Shown here: piece after piece, positions 31,761 to 43,187 of the stretch
How the letters are laid out: each line of letters starts with the position of its first letter
How positions within the stretch are numbered: the stretch's first letter is position 1
Assembly (NCBI GenBank): GCA_965219415.1
Contig: OZ244742.1
Location: forward strand, 1,312,001-1,376,000
Source of the DNA: Candidatus Marinacidobacterales bacterium
Lineage (GTDB): Bacteria; Acidobacteriota; Vicinamibacteria; Marinacidobacterales; DATDRI01
Direction of reading: 5' to 3'
DNA length: 64,000 bases
Program-made: the position numbers and the translations under genes
The notes under the pieces: generated by a model
The model's database searches: none
Told to the model about the DNA's origin: nothing
Seen by the model: the letters and a program-made list of their open reading frames with translations, nothing else

Positions 31761-33938
31761 TCACTGGATCAAAAACTGAACGCTGGCGTACGCGGCGAAT
31801 GGATCAGCGGGAATTACTGCAGAATTGCCGAACCCGCGAGTCTCGAAGGCGCGGTTCGTTAAGTTATTCAAGTTCAGGCTCAGCTTCCATTGGCCGACCC
31901 GATAGTAGACGTTCGCGCCGAGCGTAAAGTATCCGGGGATCTCGAAGATGTTGTCGGGGGCGATGAACTGCCTGCCAACATAACGCGCACCTCCTCCCAG
32001 TCCCAAGCCGCTTGCGAACTCCTGCATTGTCCATAGGTTAAAGATATGTCGCGGAGCGAAAGGAGCTATGTTTCCTGACCGCTCAAGGGTCACGAACGGT
32101 GGAATCGCGCCCGTGAACACGCTCTCCGCGAACTCAGTCAACTCGGAGTCATTGAGCGAGTAGGTGATGAATGAAAACCAAGTGCCTGACACCTGAGTGG
32201 TAACCTCCACCTCGAGGCCTCGTGAGCGCTGGTTGCCGGTCTGCTGGGTGAAACCACCCGCGTCCGGGATTGCGATTTTGTCTCTCTGCAAGTTGTAGAA
32301 AGCTACCGTGGCGTTGCTGCGGCCGCCGGCGAACTGCTTCTTCAACCCCGCCTCGAACTGCCACGCTTCCTCGGGCTCTCTCTCCCCGATGACGCGGCTC
32401 GAGGGCGGAGCGAAGGCCTCGCTGTAACTCGCGTAAATAGAAACGCTGGGCCGCGGCATAAAGACCCCACCCAACATCGGGCTAAACGCCGTCGAGTCTC
32501 TCGCCGTGTCCGTGACCACATCCTCATAATCGAGCGAGTCCCAGCGACCCCCGACGAAGAGCTCCACCTGCGGCGAAAAGGAGATGTGGTCGACGAAGTA
32601 CGGCGCGAGCGTGACGTTCCGTGCGTCGGCTGCGGTGGACAGGCCCGGAATCAAAAAGACCGGCTCGACAGCCGTCTCCACGGGGTCGAAGAGATCGATG
32701 GTCGGCAGAAACCCCACATCGAGCGTAAACTCGTCCGCCAACCGGCTCACCTCGAAGCCGATAAGGGCGCGGTGCTCGACCCCACCCGTCGTGAACGAGA
32801 CCAGCGCCTCGAGTTGATTTCCCACCACTTTCTGCCGGTCATCCAGCAACGTAAGGTTCCGAAACACATCGACCCTACCCGCGGCGTTGGGAAACGCGCC
32901 AACCAGCAACGTCCCATCGCTCTGCCAGTCCAAGTCCGTAAGATAGAATTTGTCCCGCAGCGTCACGTGCTCGTTGATCTCGGAGCTAACGTCTGCCCGC
33001 AACCGATAGATCGTCTGATCCGAGTTGTCCAGCGGAGATTGATAGGACCGCGTGCGCGGGACATCCGGCACCTCGTTGAACAATAGAGGCAGCCCGGAGT
33101 CGGGTTTATACTCGTTGCTCACATACTCGAAATTGACGGTCACGTCCGTTTTTTCATTCAATTCGAAGTAGACGACGGGATTGAGCGCGAACTGCCGGTT
33201 GTCCTTGTCATCCCGATAAAACTCGGAACTCGTATAAGCCGCGTTCACTCGCAGTGCCGCGCGACCATCCGAGCGAGAGACGTTGACGTCCGCCGTTCCT
33301 TGAAACGACTGGAACGAACCAAGACTCAGCTTCAAGTCGGCGAGGTTCTTCGCTACCGGTTGCTTGCGGATGAGGTTGACAGTTCCGGACAGAGGATTCC
33401 CACCGTAGAGAAACGCCGCTGGCCCCTTGAGCACCTCGACACGCTCGACGTTATAGAGCTGATAAAAAGTACTCTCCGGCTCGAAAGCGCCATCGGTCAT
33501 GATCAAACTTGTATCCAGAGAATCGAAGCCTCGCACGGTAAAGAAATCGAAGACCCCGAAACCGGTGGCCACGTTCACGCCACTGACGTTCTGCAACGCC
33601 TCGCCGAGGACGGTCGCGTTCTGACGCTCGAAAAGGAACCGCGGCACGACTCCAACACTGGCCGGCGTCGAGTGCCGTGAAACAGGGATCTTCGCGAAGG
33701 TGGTCTCCAACGTCGGAATCGCCTCCACGCTCCCTTCCACGAGAACACGTTCCTCGAATCGAGGCGGCTTGGTTTCCTCGGCGGACGGCTCCTTCGATTT
33801 ATCGTCGGATTTCTGCTCGACTTTTTCCTCGGATTCAGCCTGGTCGGCGAACCCCCGAACGCTCGATCCGAAGGCCGGGAACCCTCGGAGCAACAGTAAG
33901 ATGATGACACCCAACCATCGGGCACGAATTACGTTCAT
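31761..33938 (-). CDS. TonB-dependent (siderophore-type) receptor
   Basis: Signal peptide, plug (TVRGF, VERVEVLKGPAAFLYG..GTVN), beta-barrel ending NLNNLTN...ASVQF. Confidence 0.92.
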   Translation of the reverse strand: MNVIRARWLGVIILLLLRGFPAFGSSVRGFADQAESEEKVEQKSDDKSKEPSAEETKPPRFEERVLVEGSVEAIPTLETTFAKIPVSRHSTPASVGVVPRFLFERQNATVLGEALQNVSGVNVATGFGVFDFFTVRGFDSLDTSLIMTDGAFEPESTFYQLYNVERVEVLKGPAAFLYGGNPLSGTVNLIRKQPVAKNLADLKLSLGSFQSFQGTADVNVSRSDGRAALRVNAAYTSSEFYRDDKDNRQFALNPVVYFELNEKTDVTVNFEYVSNEYKPDSGLPLLFNEVPDVPRTRSYQSPLDNSDQTIYRLRADVSSEINEHVTLRDKFYLTDLDWQSDGTLLVGAFPNAAGRVDVFRNLTLLDDRQKVVGNQLEALVSFTTGGVEHRALIGFEVSRLADEFTLDVGFLPTIDLFDPVETAVEPVFLIPGLSTAADARNVTLAPYFVDHISFSPQVELFVGGRWDSLDYEDVVTDTARDSTAFSPMLGGVFMPRPSVSIYASYSEAFAPPSSRVIGEREPEEAWQFEAGLKKQFAGGRSNATVAFYNLQRDKIAIPDAGGFTQQTGNQRSRGLEVEVTTQVSGTWFSFITYSLNDSELTEFAESVFTGAIPPFVTLERSGNIAPFAPRHIFNLWTMQEFASGLGLGGGARYVGRQFIAPDNIFEIPGYFTLGANVYYRVGQWKLSLNLNNLTNRAFETRGFGNSAVIPADPFAAYASVQFLIQ

Positions 33939-34893
33939 CGTTTCCTTAAGCCTTTCTCGAGGAGGCCGGCTCACCACCGAACCAAGAGCCCGTATTATAG
34001 CCCGCCCCGACCAACCACCCTCAGAGCCCCCTGGCAGCTCGGAAGCGAGGTCAATACAATAGGAATCGAGGTCATGAAGAAACACAAACCGGAAGATGCT
34101 CGCGTCGGCACCTCTCCACCCTCGCTCGACTTCATCCGAACCAAGATCGCCGAGGATCTGAGGCCTCGACACGCTCGACGTTATAGAGCTGATAAAAAGT
34201 ACTCTCCGGCTCGAAAGCGCCATCGGTCATGATCAAACTTGTATCCAGAGAATCGAAGCCTCGCACGGTAAAGAAATCGAAGACCCCGAAACCGGTGGCC
34301 ACGTTCACGCCACTGACGTTCTGCAACGCCTCGCCGAGGACGGTCGCGTTCTGACGCTCGAAAAGGAACCGCGGCACGACTCCAACACTGGCCGGCGTCG
34401 AGTGCCGTGAAACAGGGATCTTCGCGAAGGTGGTCTCCAACGTCGGAATCGCCTCCACGCTCCCTTCCACGAGAACACGTTCCTCGAATCGAGGCGGCTT
34501 GGTTTCCTCGGCGGACGGCTCCTTCGATTTATCGTCGGATTTCTGCTCGACTTTTTCCTCGGATTCAGCCTGGTCGGCGAACCCCCGAACGCTCGATCCG
34601 AAGGCCGGGAACCCTCGGAGCAACAGTAAGATGATGACACCCAACCATCGGGCACGAATTACGTTCATCGTTTCCTTAAGCCTTTCTCGAGGAGGCCGGC
34701 TCACCACCGAACCAAGAGCCCGTATTATAGCCCGCCCCGACCAACCACCCTCAGAGCCCCCTGGCAGCTCGGAAGCGAGGTCAATACAATAGGAATCGAG
34801 GTCATGAAGAAACACAAACCGGAAGATGCTCGCGTCGGCACCTCTCCACCCTCGCTCGACTTCATCCGAACCAAGATCGCTGAGGATCTGAGG
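33434..34893. repeat. 730-bp direct tandem duplication (33434-34163 and 34164-34893)
   Basis: Copies identical as read except C34151/T34881; covers 5' TonB receptor, divergent intergenic region and first 30 codons of glnS. Confidence 0.95.
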
Positions 34894-36528
34894 GCCGGCA
34901 AGAACGGCGGGCGAGTGGTGACGCGATTCCCTCCCGAGCCCAACGGTTACCTGCACATCGGCCATGCCAAATCCATCTGCCTCAACTTTGGCGTCGCCGC
35001 AGAGAACGAAGGCGTCTGTAACTTGCGTTACGACGATACGAATCCGGCAAAGGAAGACGTCGAGTACGTGGACTCGATCAAAGAAGACGTGCGCTGGCTC
35101 GGCTTCGACTGGGGAGATCGGGAATTCTATGCTTCCGATTACTTCGATCGACTCTACGATTACGCCGTACGGCTCGTCAAAGACGGAAAGGCCTACGTCG
35201 ACAGTCTGGGGGCCGACGAGATACGACAATACCGAGGCACCTTGACCGAACCGGGCAAGGACAGCCCCTACCGCAACCGCTCGGTCGAAGAGAACCTAGA
35301 CCTGTTCGAGCGCATGAAGGCCGGGGAGTTCCAAGACGGAACGCACGTGCTGCGCGCCAAGATCGATATGACATCGGGCAACATCAACATGCGCGACCCG
35401 ACGCTCTACCGGATCCGCCGCGTGCCGCACCACCGCACCGGCGACGAATGGTTGATTTACCCGATGTACGACTTCACGCACGCGCTGTCGGACTCCATCG
35501 AAGGCGTCACGCACTCGCTCTGCACGCTGGAGTTCGAAGACCACCGGCCTTTGTACGATTGGACGCTCGACGAAACCAACGTCGAATGCCACCCACAGCA
35601 GATCGAGTTCGCGCGACTCAACCTCAGCTACACGATCATGAGTAAGCGGAAACTCTTGGCGCTCGTGGAGGGAGGCTTCGTCTCGGGCTGGGACGATCCC
35701 CGCCTCCCCACCATCGGCGGACTCCGGAGACGTGGCTACACGCCGGAGTCCATCCGAGATTTTTGCACCCGTATCGGCGTGGCGAAGAAGAGCAGCGTCG
35801 TGGACATGGCGCAGCTCGAGCACGCCGTGAGGGAGGACCTGAACAAGCGCGCACCGCGAGTGATGGCAGTGCTCCGCCCACTTCGAATCGTGCTCGAGAA
35901 TTATCCGGAAGATCAAGTCGAAGAGATGGACGCGGTCAACAACCCGGAAGACCCCGAGGTGGGCACCAGAAAGATTCCCTTTTCACGCGTGCTCTACATC
36001 GAGCGTGAGGATTTCAAAGAAGACCCGCCGAAAAAGTTCTTCAGGCTGGCACCCGGTCGCGAGGTCCGCCTACGCTACGCGTATCTCATCACTTGCCAAA
36101 GTGCAGTTAAAGATGAGAGCGGGGAAATCGTCGAGCTTCGTTGCACCTATGACCCGGAAACGCGCGGAGGCTCGGCGCCCGACGGACGGCGGGTGAAAGG
36201 CACGCTTCATTGGGTCTCGGCGGCTCACGCGATCCCCGCGGAAGTCCGCCTCTACGATCGCCTCTTCACCGTAGAAGATCCGGGCGACGTCGAAGAAGGC
36301 GAAGACTACAAGTCCTCTCTAAATCCAAAATCTCTCGAGATCCTTACCGGCTGCCAGGTCGAACCTAGCCTAGCGAACGCCAAACCAGGATACCGATGTC
36401 AGTTCGAGCGACAGGGCTACTTTTCCGTCGACCCCGACTCCTCGAACAACTCCCCGGTCTTCAACCGAACGGTGAGCCTCAGGGACAGCTGGGCGAAGAT
36501 CGAAAAAGCACAAAAGACGAAGCGCTAG
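34804..36528 (+). CDS. glnS: Glutaminyl-tRNA synthetase
   Basis: [39 protein letters not shown]. Confidence 0.97.
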   Translation: MKKHKPEDARVGTSPPSLDFIRTKIAEDLRAGKNGGRVVTRFPPEPNGYLHIGHAKSICLNFGVAAENEGVCNLRYDDTNPAKEDVEYVDSIKEDVRWLGFDWGDREFYASDYFDRLYDYAVRLVKDGKAYVDSLGADEIRQYRGTLTEPGKDSPYRNRSVEENLDLFERMKAGEFQDGTHVLRAKIDMTSGNINMRDPTLYRIRRVPHHRTGDEWLIYPMYDFTHALSDSIEGVTHSLCTLEFEDHRPLYDWTLDETNVECHPQQIEFARLNLSYTIMSKRKLLALVEGGFVSGWDDPRLPTIGGLRRRGYTPESIRDFCTRIGVAKKSSVVDMAQLEHAVREDLNKRAPRVMAVLRPLRIVLENYPEDQVEEMDAVNNPEDPEVGTRKIPFSRVLYIEREDFKEDPPKKFFRLAPGREVRLRYAYLITCQSAVKDESGEIVELRCTYDPETRGGSAPDGRRVKGTLHWVSAAHAIPAEVRLYDRLFTVEDPGDVEEGEDYKSSLNPKSLEILTGCQVEPSLANAKPGYRCQFERQGYFSVDPDSSNNSPVFNRTVSLRDSWAKIEKAQKTKR

Positions 36529-38033
36529 CCCTGACCTCCGTAGCTAGCCGCATATTCCCTTTCCAACGCTTTCATCTTCTTGGAAGAGATCCCCCCGAGC
36601 GAATCAATCGCTCGCCGGAGCCGCATCCGAACAATGTCCAGCCCCAGAATCTCCATAGACTGAAAGAGTGGTGTTGAGGCCTTGGCGCCCGTGACCGCCA
36701 CATAAAAGGGCCGCGACAAATCACGAAGAGAAACCTCGAGCCGCTCCGAGAGTTCACGGAAAACTTCCCCGATAGCGTCGCCCGTGAAGGTCTTCTCCTG
36801 CTCCAGCCGCCACGTTGCGGTCTGTAGAATTTCCTTCAACTCGTCGGGCGTCTTGCCTTTCAGCTCAAGAGCATTGGCCTCGTATGGCACCGCGTCGGAG
36901 AAGAAAAAAGCGGTCAGGTATCCCCAATCGGAAAGCGTTTCCATCCGTGGCCGAGCCAACGGGATGATCCGGTCGAGCGAGTCCTCACCCAGACCCCAAT
37001 TCTGGAGAGCCGTACGAAGCGAGGCGGCGTCATAGTCTTCCCGGATATACCGGCCGTTCAGCCACCGAAGTTTCTCCACGTCGAAAACAGGGCCGCCGAG
37101 CGTAATGGCATCGAGCCGAAAATTGTCGATCATCTTCTCGGTCGTGAACTTCTCCTCGCCATCGGGAGGCCACCAACCCATCAGCCCCATGAAGTTCCGC
37201 AACGCCTCGGGAAGAAAACCGGCGCGGCGAAAATAATTGATCGACGTCGGGTTCTTTCGTTTCGAGAGCTTCGGCTTGTTCTTGTCGTTGTTCCGCAGAA
37301 GCGGCAGGTGGCAAAAAACGGGCGACTCCCAGTTGAAATACTCGTAGAGCTTCAGGTGCTTGGGCACCGAGTTGATCCATTCCTCGCCGCGGATCACATG
37401 GCTCACCGCCATCAAATGGTCGTCGACGACGTTGGCCAGATGATAAGTCGGGAACCCGTCCGATTTAAGGATGACCTGGTCGTCCACCGTCTGCCAATCC
37501 TTTCGGATCTCCCCACGAAGCAAGTCCTGCATGACGCACTCGCCTTCCGTCGGCACCTTCATCCGTACGACGAAAGGCTCCCCGGCATCGGCGCGCCGAG
37601 CCGATTCCTCCGGCGAAATTTCTCGGCAGGTGCGGTCGTAGCCAGGAAAGAGTTTCTTGTCCCGATTGTCGGCGCGCATCTTGTCGAGCCGTTCCCTGGT
37701 GCAGAAACAACGATATGCGTTTCCGGCCTCGAGCAACGGATCGACGTGCTTACGATAGGTCTCCGTCCGTTCACTTTGCCGATATGGACCGTGAGGACCG
37801 CCGATATCCGGCCCTTCATCCCACTGGAGGTCGAGCCATTTCAGCGATGCGAGTATCGCGTCCTCGGACTCCTGGGTGGAACGGGCTCGATCGGTATCCT
37901 CGATGCGCAAGATGAACTTGCCGCCCTGCTGCTTGGCAAAGACGTAGTTGAAGAGCGCTTGGTAAGCGGTACCGACATGTGGATCGCCGGTCGGTGACGG
38001 TGCGACTCGTACTCGAACCGGGCGCTCGGTCAT
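36525..38033 (-). CDS. gltX: Glutamyl-tRNA synthetase
   Basis: [33 protein letters not shown]. Confidence 0.96.
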   Translation of the reverse strand: MTERPVRVRVAPSPTGDPHVGTAYQALFNYVFAKQQGGKFILRIEDTDRARSTQESEDAILASLKWLDLQWDEGPDIGGPHGPYRQSERTETYRKHVDPLLEAGNAYRCFCTRERLDKMRADNRDKKLFPGYDRTCREISPEESARRADAGEPFVVRMKVPTEGECVMQDLLRGEIRKDWQTVDDQVILKSDGFPTYHLANVVDDHLMAVSHVIRGEEWINSVPKHLKLYEYFNWESPVFCHLPLLRNNDKNKPKLSKRKNPTSINYFRRAGFLPEALRNFMGLMGWWPPDGEEKFTTEKMIDNFRLDAITLGGPVFDVEKLRWLNGRYIREDYDAASLRTALQNWGLGEDSLDRIIPLARPRMETLSDWGYLTAFFFSDAVPYEANALELKGKTPDELKEILQTATWRLEQEKTFTGDAIGEVFRELSERLEVSLRDLSRPFYVAVTGAKASTPLFQSMEILGLDIVRMRLRRAIDSLGGISSKKMKALEREYAASYGGQG

Positions 38034-38091
38034 GAGGCCACATTGTAGCCCAGCCGACGCTTTGGGTTCTGGTGCACCAAGGGGTTCGGTA

Positions 38092-39382
38092 CTACTCGGA
38101 AAGCTTGACGACCTTGCCACCCAACATCACGAAGCTCACATCGTGCAGTGTGGAGATGTCCTGCAAGGGATCGCCCGGCACCGCCACGAGATCCGCCAGC
38201 TTACCGACCTCTATCGTGCCCAAGCGGTCGTCCCATCTCAGGAGCTCCGCACCTACTCGAGTCCCCGCCTGTATGGCCTGCATCGGCGTCATTCCCGCGT
38301 CGACCAGCGCGGAAAACTCCCGCGTGCTGACACTGTTGGCATAACCACCAAAGTCTGAGCTCACGACAACCTTGACGCCCCGGCGGATCGCCTTCCCGAC
38401 ACCCGCGACGAACTCCACATGGTACTTCTTGCTCAGCTCGACCATTTTCCGCAAATCCACCGAGCCCGATCCCTCCTCGATGAAGTACTCGCCCACGTAA
38501 ATCGTCGGAACAAGATACACCCCGTTCGCCAACATGAGATCGATGGCCTCGTCATCGATGAACGTTCCGTGCTCGATCGAACGAACGCCGGCCCGGATCG
38601 CCAGCTTGATCCCCTCCGCCGCATGAGCGTGTGCCATTACCGGAACGTTGCGACGGTGTGCCTCCTCGACCGCAGCACGAAGCTCCTCCGGACTGAAGTG
38701 CACGTTAGCAGGGTCGTCTCCGACCGACATGAAGGCACCCGTCACGAGTAGCTTGATCCAGTCGCTACCGTTCTTGATTTCTTCGCGGACCGCCTTACGC
38801 ATCTGATCGGGCCCGTCGACCACCAGTCCGTCGGCAATCACAGACTGCTCGGGAGACATGAAGTTGACATCCCCCCCGCCGCCGGTGACCGAGATGTAGT
38901 GGCCGGCGCCCGTGATACGGGGGCCTACGAAGCGTCCCTCCTAGATGGCACGGCGAATTTCCAAATGCGCGTAATAGACATCGGCGTCGCCGGCTATACG
39001 AAGGCTCGTCCAACCTTTTTTGAGCTCTCGCTGCACGGCCTGGAGACCGATGAGAGCCTTGTAGGCGGAGGACCAGCGCATGTGATCCGTTTGGTAACCG
39101 TCTCGCTGAATGAGTGGATGAAAATGTGCGTCGATGAAGCCAGGCATCCAACGTTGCCGCGCCTAGATCGATGACCGCGGTCCCCGCCGGGATCACATCC
39201 GGACCGCCGACCTCGATGATGCGGTCGCCCTCTATCAAAACCCCTGCGTTCTTGATCGGCTGATCGCTCTTGCCATCGATCAGTTGACCACATAGAAGAC
39301 CCGTGCGTTTCTCTCCCGCCACGGCTAACCCGAAACTGGTTGCCAGCAGGAGAATCGCTATGGTTGTTGAACGGTTAACCAT
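38092..39382 (-). CDS. Secreted metal-dependent amidohydrolase (frameshift near 39148)
   Basis: TLMPGFIDAHFH after removing one G; MAHAH, SIEHG, GTIEVGKLADLVAV. Confidence 0.85.
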
Positions 39383-39465
39383 GACCCACGCCCCCCTTGG
39401 CAAGGTTGTATTACAGATCGCTCCTTTGCCGCCACTCACCGCGGAAAATTTGCTATAACGCGAGA

Positions 39466-40430
39466 GTGAGTCAGCTCTCGTTATTCGGCGAAGCAGATAC
39501 ACCGCCCCGCGTGCGCGGTGTCGCTCCCTCCCCCGCTCACCACGCGCTCGCCCGGAAGCTACCCGAGAACGTCTATCTCGGTTGCTCGTCTTGGTCCTTC
39601 CCGGGCTGGGAGGGTTTGGTCTACGAAGGTCAGAGGACGAAGACGGATCTGGCGCGACACGGACTCGCCGCCTATGCCGCCCATCCCCTGCTCACGAGTG
39701 TGGGGACCGATCGAACCTTACTACGCGCCGCTGTCCGCCGCCGAGTTCGCCGACTACCGCGAAGCGGTTCCGGAAGCGTTCCGCTTCCTCGTTAAGGCTC
39801 ACCAACTTTGCACGATGGCCACCTTCAAGTCTCCGACCGGCCAATCGACCGAGAATCCTTCCTTTCTCGATTCCAGTTATGCGCAGGACGAAGTCGTCAG
39901 CCCGTACGCCGAGGGACTGAAGCAGAAGGCCGGCGTTCTGGTTTTCCAGTTTCCTCCTCAGTCGATTGCCGCCATGGGCGGGCGCGATGGGTTCGCTGAA
40001 AGGCTTCACACCTTTCTTGAGGGTCTGCCTTCCGGGCTCTCTTACGCGACCGAGGTCCGCAACCCGGAGCTCCTGACACCACGTTATTTCGAGGCGCTTT
40101 CGGGATCGGAACGCTAGCCACTGCCACAACGTACACCCCACGATGCCGACGCTCGGGGAGCAACGGCGAATCGCCGAATCCTCTCGAGGCCCGGCGGTCG
40201 TGGTGCGTTGGATGTTGCGACGAAATCGCGACTACGAGACGGCCGGGGAAGAGTTCGCCCCCTTCAACCGTCTGGTGGACGAAGACGCGACATCTCGGCG
40301 ACAGGTGGCCGATGCGATTCGAGCCGCTCCCCCGCGGCAGCCGGTGTTCGTCATCGTCAACAACAAGGCCGAAGGCTCGGCTCCGTTAACCGTATTCCGG
40401 CTCGCAGAGTATCTCGCCGGATCGCAGTGA
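39466..40430 (+). CDS. DUF72 (YecE-like) protein (two frameshifts, ~39718 and ~40112)
   Basis: YLGCSSWSFPGW, DRTYY, FRFLVKA, FQFPP, EVRN, NNKAEGSAP across three ORFs. Confidence 0.85.
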
Positions 40431-40580
40431 TTTGCGTCACAGAGCCCTTTCCAGCATCCGTCCTATCCTAGCCACCCTCGGTCGACGCCGGCCCGGGGTG
40501 GAGCCAGTTCTCGGCTCTGTGATATGTTCTGAGCGCGCCCGTTTCGAGGTTGGGAGCATACGCCACTTGGAGAGGCACCC

Positions 40581-40784
40581 ATGGCTGCTCACTGTACCTG
40601 GTGCGACCGCGAGGTTCTCCCGAGCGAGGGGAGCCCCAGCGCAGAGCGCGAGGGGCTATGTCTAGACTGCACTCTTAATTTCATTAGTGGTCAACCCTCG
40701 GAGAGAAGACGCGGAGAGCGCCGCCGGTACTCCGCCAAGCCAAACAGCGAACGACGCAGCGTAAGCGAGCGCCGACGCGGCTAG
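40581..40784 (+). CDS. Small CxxC...CxxC protein with ERR repeats
   Basis: RBS GGAGAGG; HCTWC, LCLDC, four ERR motifs. Confidence 0.5.
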   Translation: MAAHCTWCDREVLPSEGSPSAEREGLCLDCTLNFISGQPSERRRGERRRYSAKPNSERRSVSERRRG

Positions 40785-40923
40785 CTTGCTGGAGAGTCCG
40801 GTCGTCATTCTCCCGCTCGGAGTGTACCTACTCTCAAAGCCCCACTCGGTCTGATATAGTTCTGACCTCGCTTGACCGGGGCCCCCGGTGTTGTTGGACT
40901 GGACGCTCGGGCCCACTGAAACG

Positions 40924-41772
40924 ATGACCGAAACCGAACAAGTCAAGGCGCTCGGTTTGAAGGCCGGGGCGTTGGTCGTCGGCGTCGCCGCCGCCGACGC
41001 CTTCAACGAGTACGTTCCCGAAGGGCATCGGCCTGCCGACATTCTGCCGGGTGCCGCGTCCGTCCTCGTCGCAGGCAACCAAGGGCCAACCGCCGGGGGG
41101 TGGAGATCTTCGGATCATCGAGTCATGGAAATCACCGGCTACGACTTCCGGGAGAACGTCGCGGTCCACATCATGGCCGATTTCATTGAGCGTGAGCACG
41201 GCTATCAAGCCATTCAGGCCCCTTCGCTCCCAACCGCTGGGCACAAGCCGCCAATGAGCATGATGCTGTCCGCGGTATTGGCAGGCTTGGGGACCCGTTC
41301 TCTGGCCGCCAACATCATCCTTCACCCCGAGTACGGGCTGCTCTACTACGCCGCCCTTATTACGACCATGCGCCTCACACCTGATCACCGGCTGGAAAAG
41401 GACGTTTGTCCATCTCCGCCCTGCATCCAGATGTACGAGAAGCTGGGTACGACACCCTGCATCGCCGCGTGTCCGGCGTCCGACGAGGGGTGCCTCGATG
41501 GCGAGATCGACAAGGAAGGTCGCATTTCTTATTCCTACTACGATCGTGAACGATGCACGTCCCGCGCTATGAACTTCGGGGTGGGCGGTCTCCAGAAGGC
41601 TCTCGTTCAAATCGTGACCGAGGACGATCGGGAAAAAAGGAAGTCCATGATTCACTCCGACTTCTTCACTCAGTCCCTGTCCTCACTTGGCTTTTATAAA
41701 GAGAGCGTTGCTCAGTGCTTCGAATGCATGCGGGTTTGTCCCGTCGGACAGCCGCACCGGAAACTCAGTTGA
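40924..41772 (+). CDS. QueG/reductive-dehalogenase-like 2x[4Fe-4S] protein (paralog 1)
   Basis: GALVVGVA, PADILPGAASV, AVLAGLG, ILHPEYG, CPxxxC..CIAACP, CFECMRVCP. Confidence 0.78.
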   Translation: MTETEQVKALGLKAGALVVGVAAADAFNEYVPEGHRPADILPGAASVLVAGNQGPTAGGWRSSDHRVMEITGYDFRENVAVHIMADFIEREHGYQAIQAPSLPTAGHKPPMSMMLSAVLAGLGTRSLAANIILHPEYGLLYYAALITTMRLTPDHRLEKDVCPSPPCIQMYEKLGTTPCIAACPASDEGCLDGEIDKEGRISYSYYDRERCTSRAMNFGVGGLQKALVQIVTEDDREKRKSMIHSDFFTQSLSSLGFYKESVAQCFECMRVCPVGQPHRKLS

Positions 41773-42644
41773 AGGCTGCCGACAAGCCGGACGTTACTGA
41801 CGTAGACGTCGTGAAGCAAGAGCTCGCCACGTTCGCGCAGAAGAACGGCGCTCTCGTATTCGGTGTCGCGGCTATCGACGGTTTCGAAGATGCTCCGGAG
41901 GGTTTTCGCCCCTCCGACCTGCTTCCCGGTGCCCAGAGCGTCGTGGTGGTCGGAGGTAACCCACCCCGGGCCGGCGATTGGGTGAGCCCTCTCGTCGAGC
42001 TCCAAGAAACGATGGGCACTAGTGAACGCACGAACGCGCTGGGGTTGAAGATCGCGAAGTTCATCGAGGCCCGCTACGGCTACTACGCCTTGTTCGTGCC
42101 CCCGGGACTGAACAAAGGAAACCGCCCTTTCTTGAGCGTCATGTTGGCGGCTGAGCTAGCCGGCTGCGGCTCGCGAAGTCTGGCGGGCCCGATTCTGAAC
42201 ACTCAATACGGCATGCTCTTCTATTCCGCCATCATCACAACGTTGCCACTTCCCGCCGACGGTCGGCTCGAAGCGCCCGCCTGCCCCGCACCGGAGTGCC
42301 TCGAGATGTGGCAAGAGAAGGCGACAACCCCTTGTCTCGATGTGTGTCCCATCGACCAGGGGGGTTGCCTGGGAGGTAAGTTGGTCGATGGCAAGTTCCA
42401 GGCCCGCCGGTATGACCGCGCCCGCTGCACGTCCCGCGTTCATACTCATTGGATGCCGGGTTTCCAGAAGGCTCTGGAGGCGGCGCTCAACGAAGACGAT
42501 AAAGACAAGCGCAAGATGATCCTCTACAGCAGTTTTTTCACCCGCTCGCTGTGGTCGCTCACCTACTCGGCGCAGAGCCAAGGTCAGTGCTACGAGTGTA
42601 TCCGCGTCTGTCCGGTGGGCAAGGAATACCGGACAAAGAAGTAG
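41769..42644 (+). CDS. QueG/reductive-dehalogenase-like 2x[4Fe-4S] protein (paralog 2)
   Basis: Collinear with paralog 1; PSDLLPGAQSV, AELAGCG, CPAPEC..CLDVCP, CYECIRVCP; TTGA overlap. Confidence 0.78.
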   Translation: MKAADKPDVTDVDVVKQELATFAQKNGALVFGVAAIDGFEDAPEGFRPSDLLPGAQSVVVVGGNPPRAGDWVSPLVELQETMGTSERTNALGLKIAKFIEARYGYYALFVPPGLNKGNRPFLSVMLAAELAGCGSRSLAGPILNTQYGMLFYSAIITTLPLPADGRLEAPACPAPECLEMWQEKATTPCLDVCPIDQGGCLGGKLVDGKFQARRYDRARCTSRVHTHWMPGFQKALEAALNEDDKDKRKMILYSSFFTRSLWSLTYSAQSQGQCYECIRVCPVGKEYRTKK

Positions 42645-42677
42645 GAACTAGGAAGTAGGGAGATAGGAAGGATAGGA
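42642..42677 (+). repeat. Short purine-rich imperfect TAGGAA(G) repeats
   Basis: TAGGAAC TAGGAAG TAGGGAG ATAGGAAG GATAGGA. Confidence 0.4.
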
Positions 42678-42684
42678 GGCTGCC

Positions 42685-42999
42685 GTGGGGTTCTTCTTCG
42701 TCGATCCGGAAACATACAAACGGTACAAGGACGAGATTCTCCGGCTGAGCGACTCATTCCAGATCAACATTCAGGAGCATCTCCCTGCCGAGACCCGTCG
42801 AAGGGGGCTATCCGACAAGGAGATCGCGGCCAAGCTCGACCTCGACGAGCGAGTCGTTCGAGAGGTGAGGGTCGTCGCCGAGCGCGACTACTACGATCTC
42901 GACGAATGGGAAAAGGCCATCGAGTTCAAGGATAAGGCATGCCGTGCCTTCTCCAAACACGGCCTGTCATACGTTTTCAAGAAGAAAAAGTCGAGCTGA
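42685..42999 (+). CDS. Small protein with HTH-like motif
   Basis: RBS GGAGG; GLSDKEIAAKLDLDERVVREV. Confidence 0.7.
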   Translation: MGFFFVDPETYKRYKDEILRLSDSFQINIQEHLPAETRRRGLSDKEIAAKLDLDERVVREVRVVAERDYYDLDEWEKAIEFKDKACRAFSKHGLSYVFKKKKSS

Positions 43000-43187
43000 G
43001 TCCGCCGTAGCTCCATCCAGGTGTGGGGTTCTGCGCCCGCGCCGAGGGGGAAACCCAACGCCCGATCCTGGGCAATCCTCGATCACTATCTCTATCAACA
43101 AGTTAAATATGGGGCCGTCTGCCAAGGTTCGGCACGAGTCTTGCTATTTTCGCAGGAGGGATCCGAATCCACGGAGAAAAGCCGGAA

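Noticed and set aside
34132-35229. 365-aa ORF and the extended N-terminus of the 820-aa TonB ORF
   Set aside because: Artefacts of antisense glnS read-through plus the tandem duplication; the real start is MNVIRAR
43000-43090. tRNA or riboswitch in the GC-rich intergenic stretch
   Set aside because: No cloverleaf, T-loop or recognisable aptamer consensus
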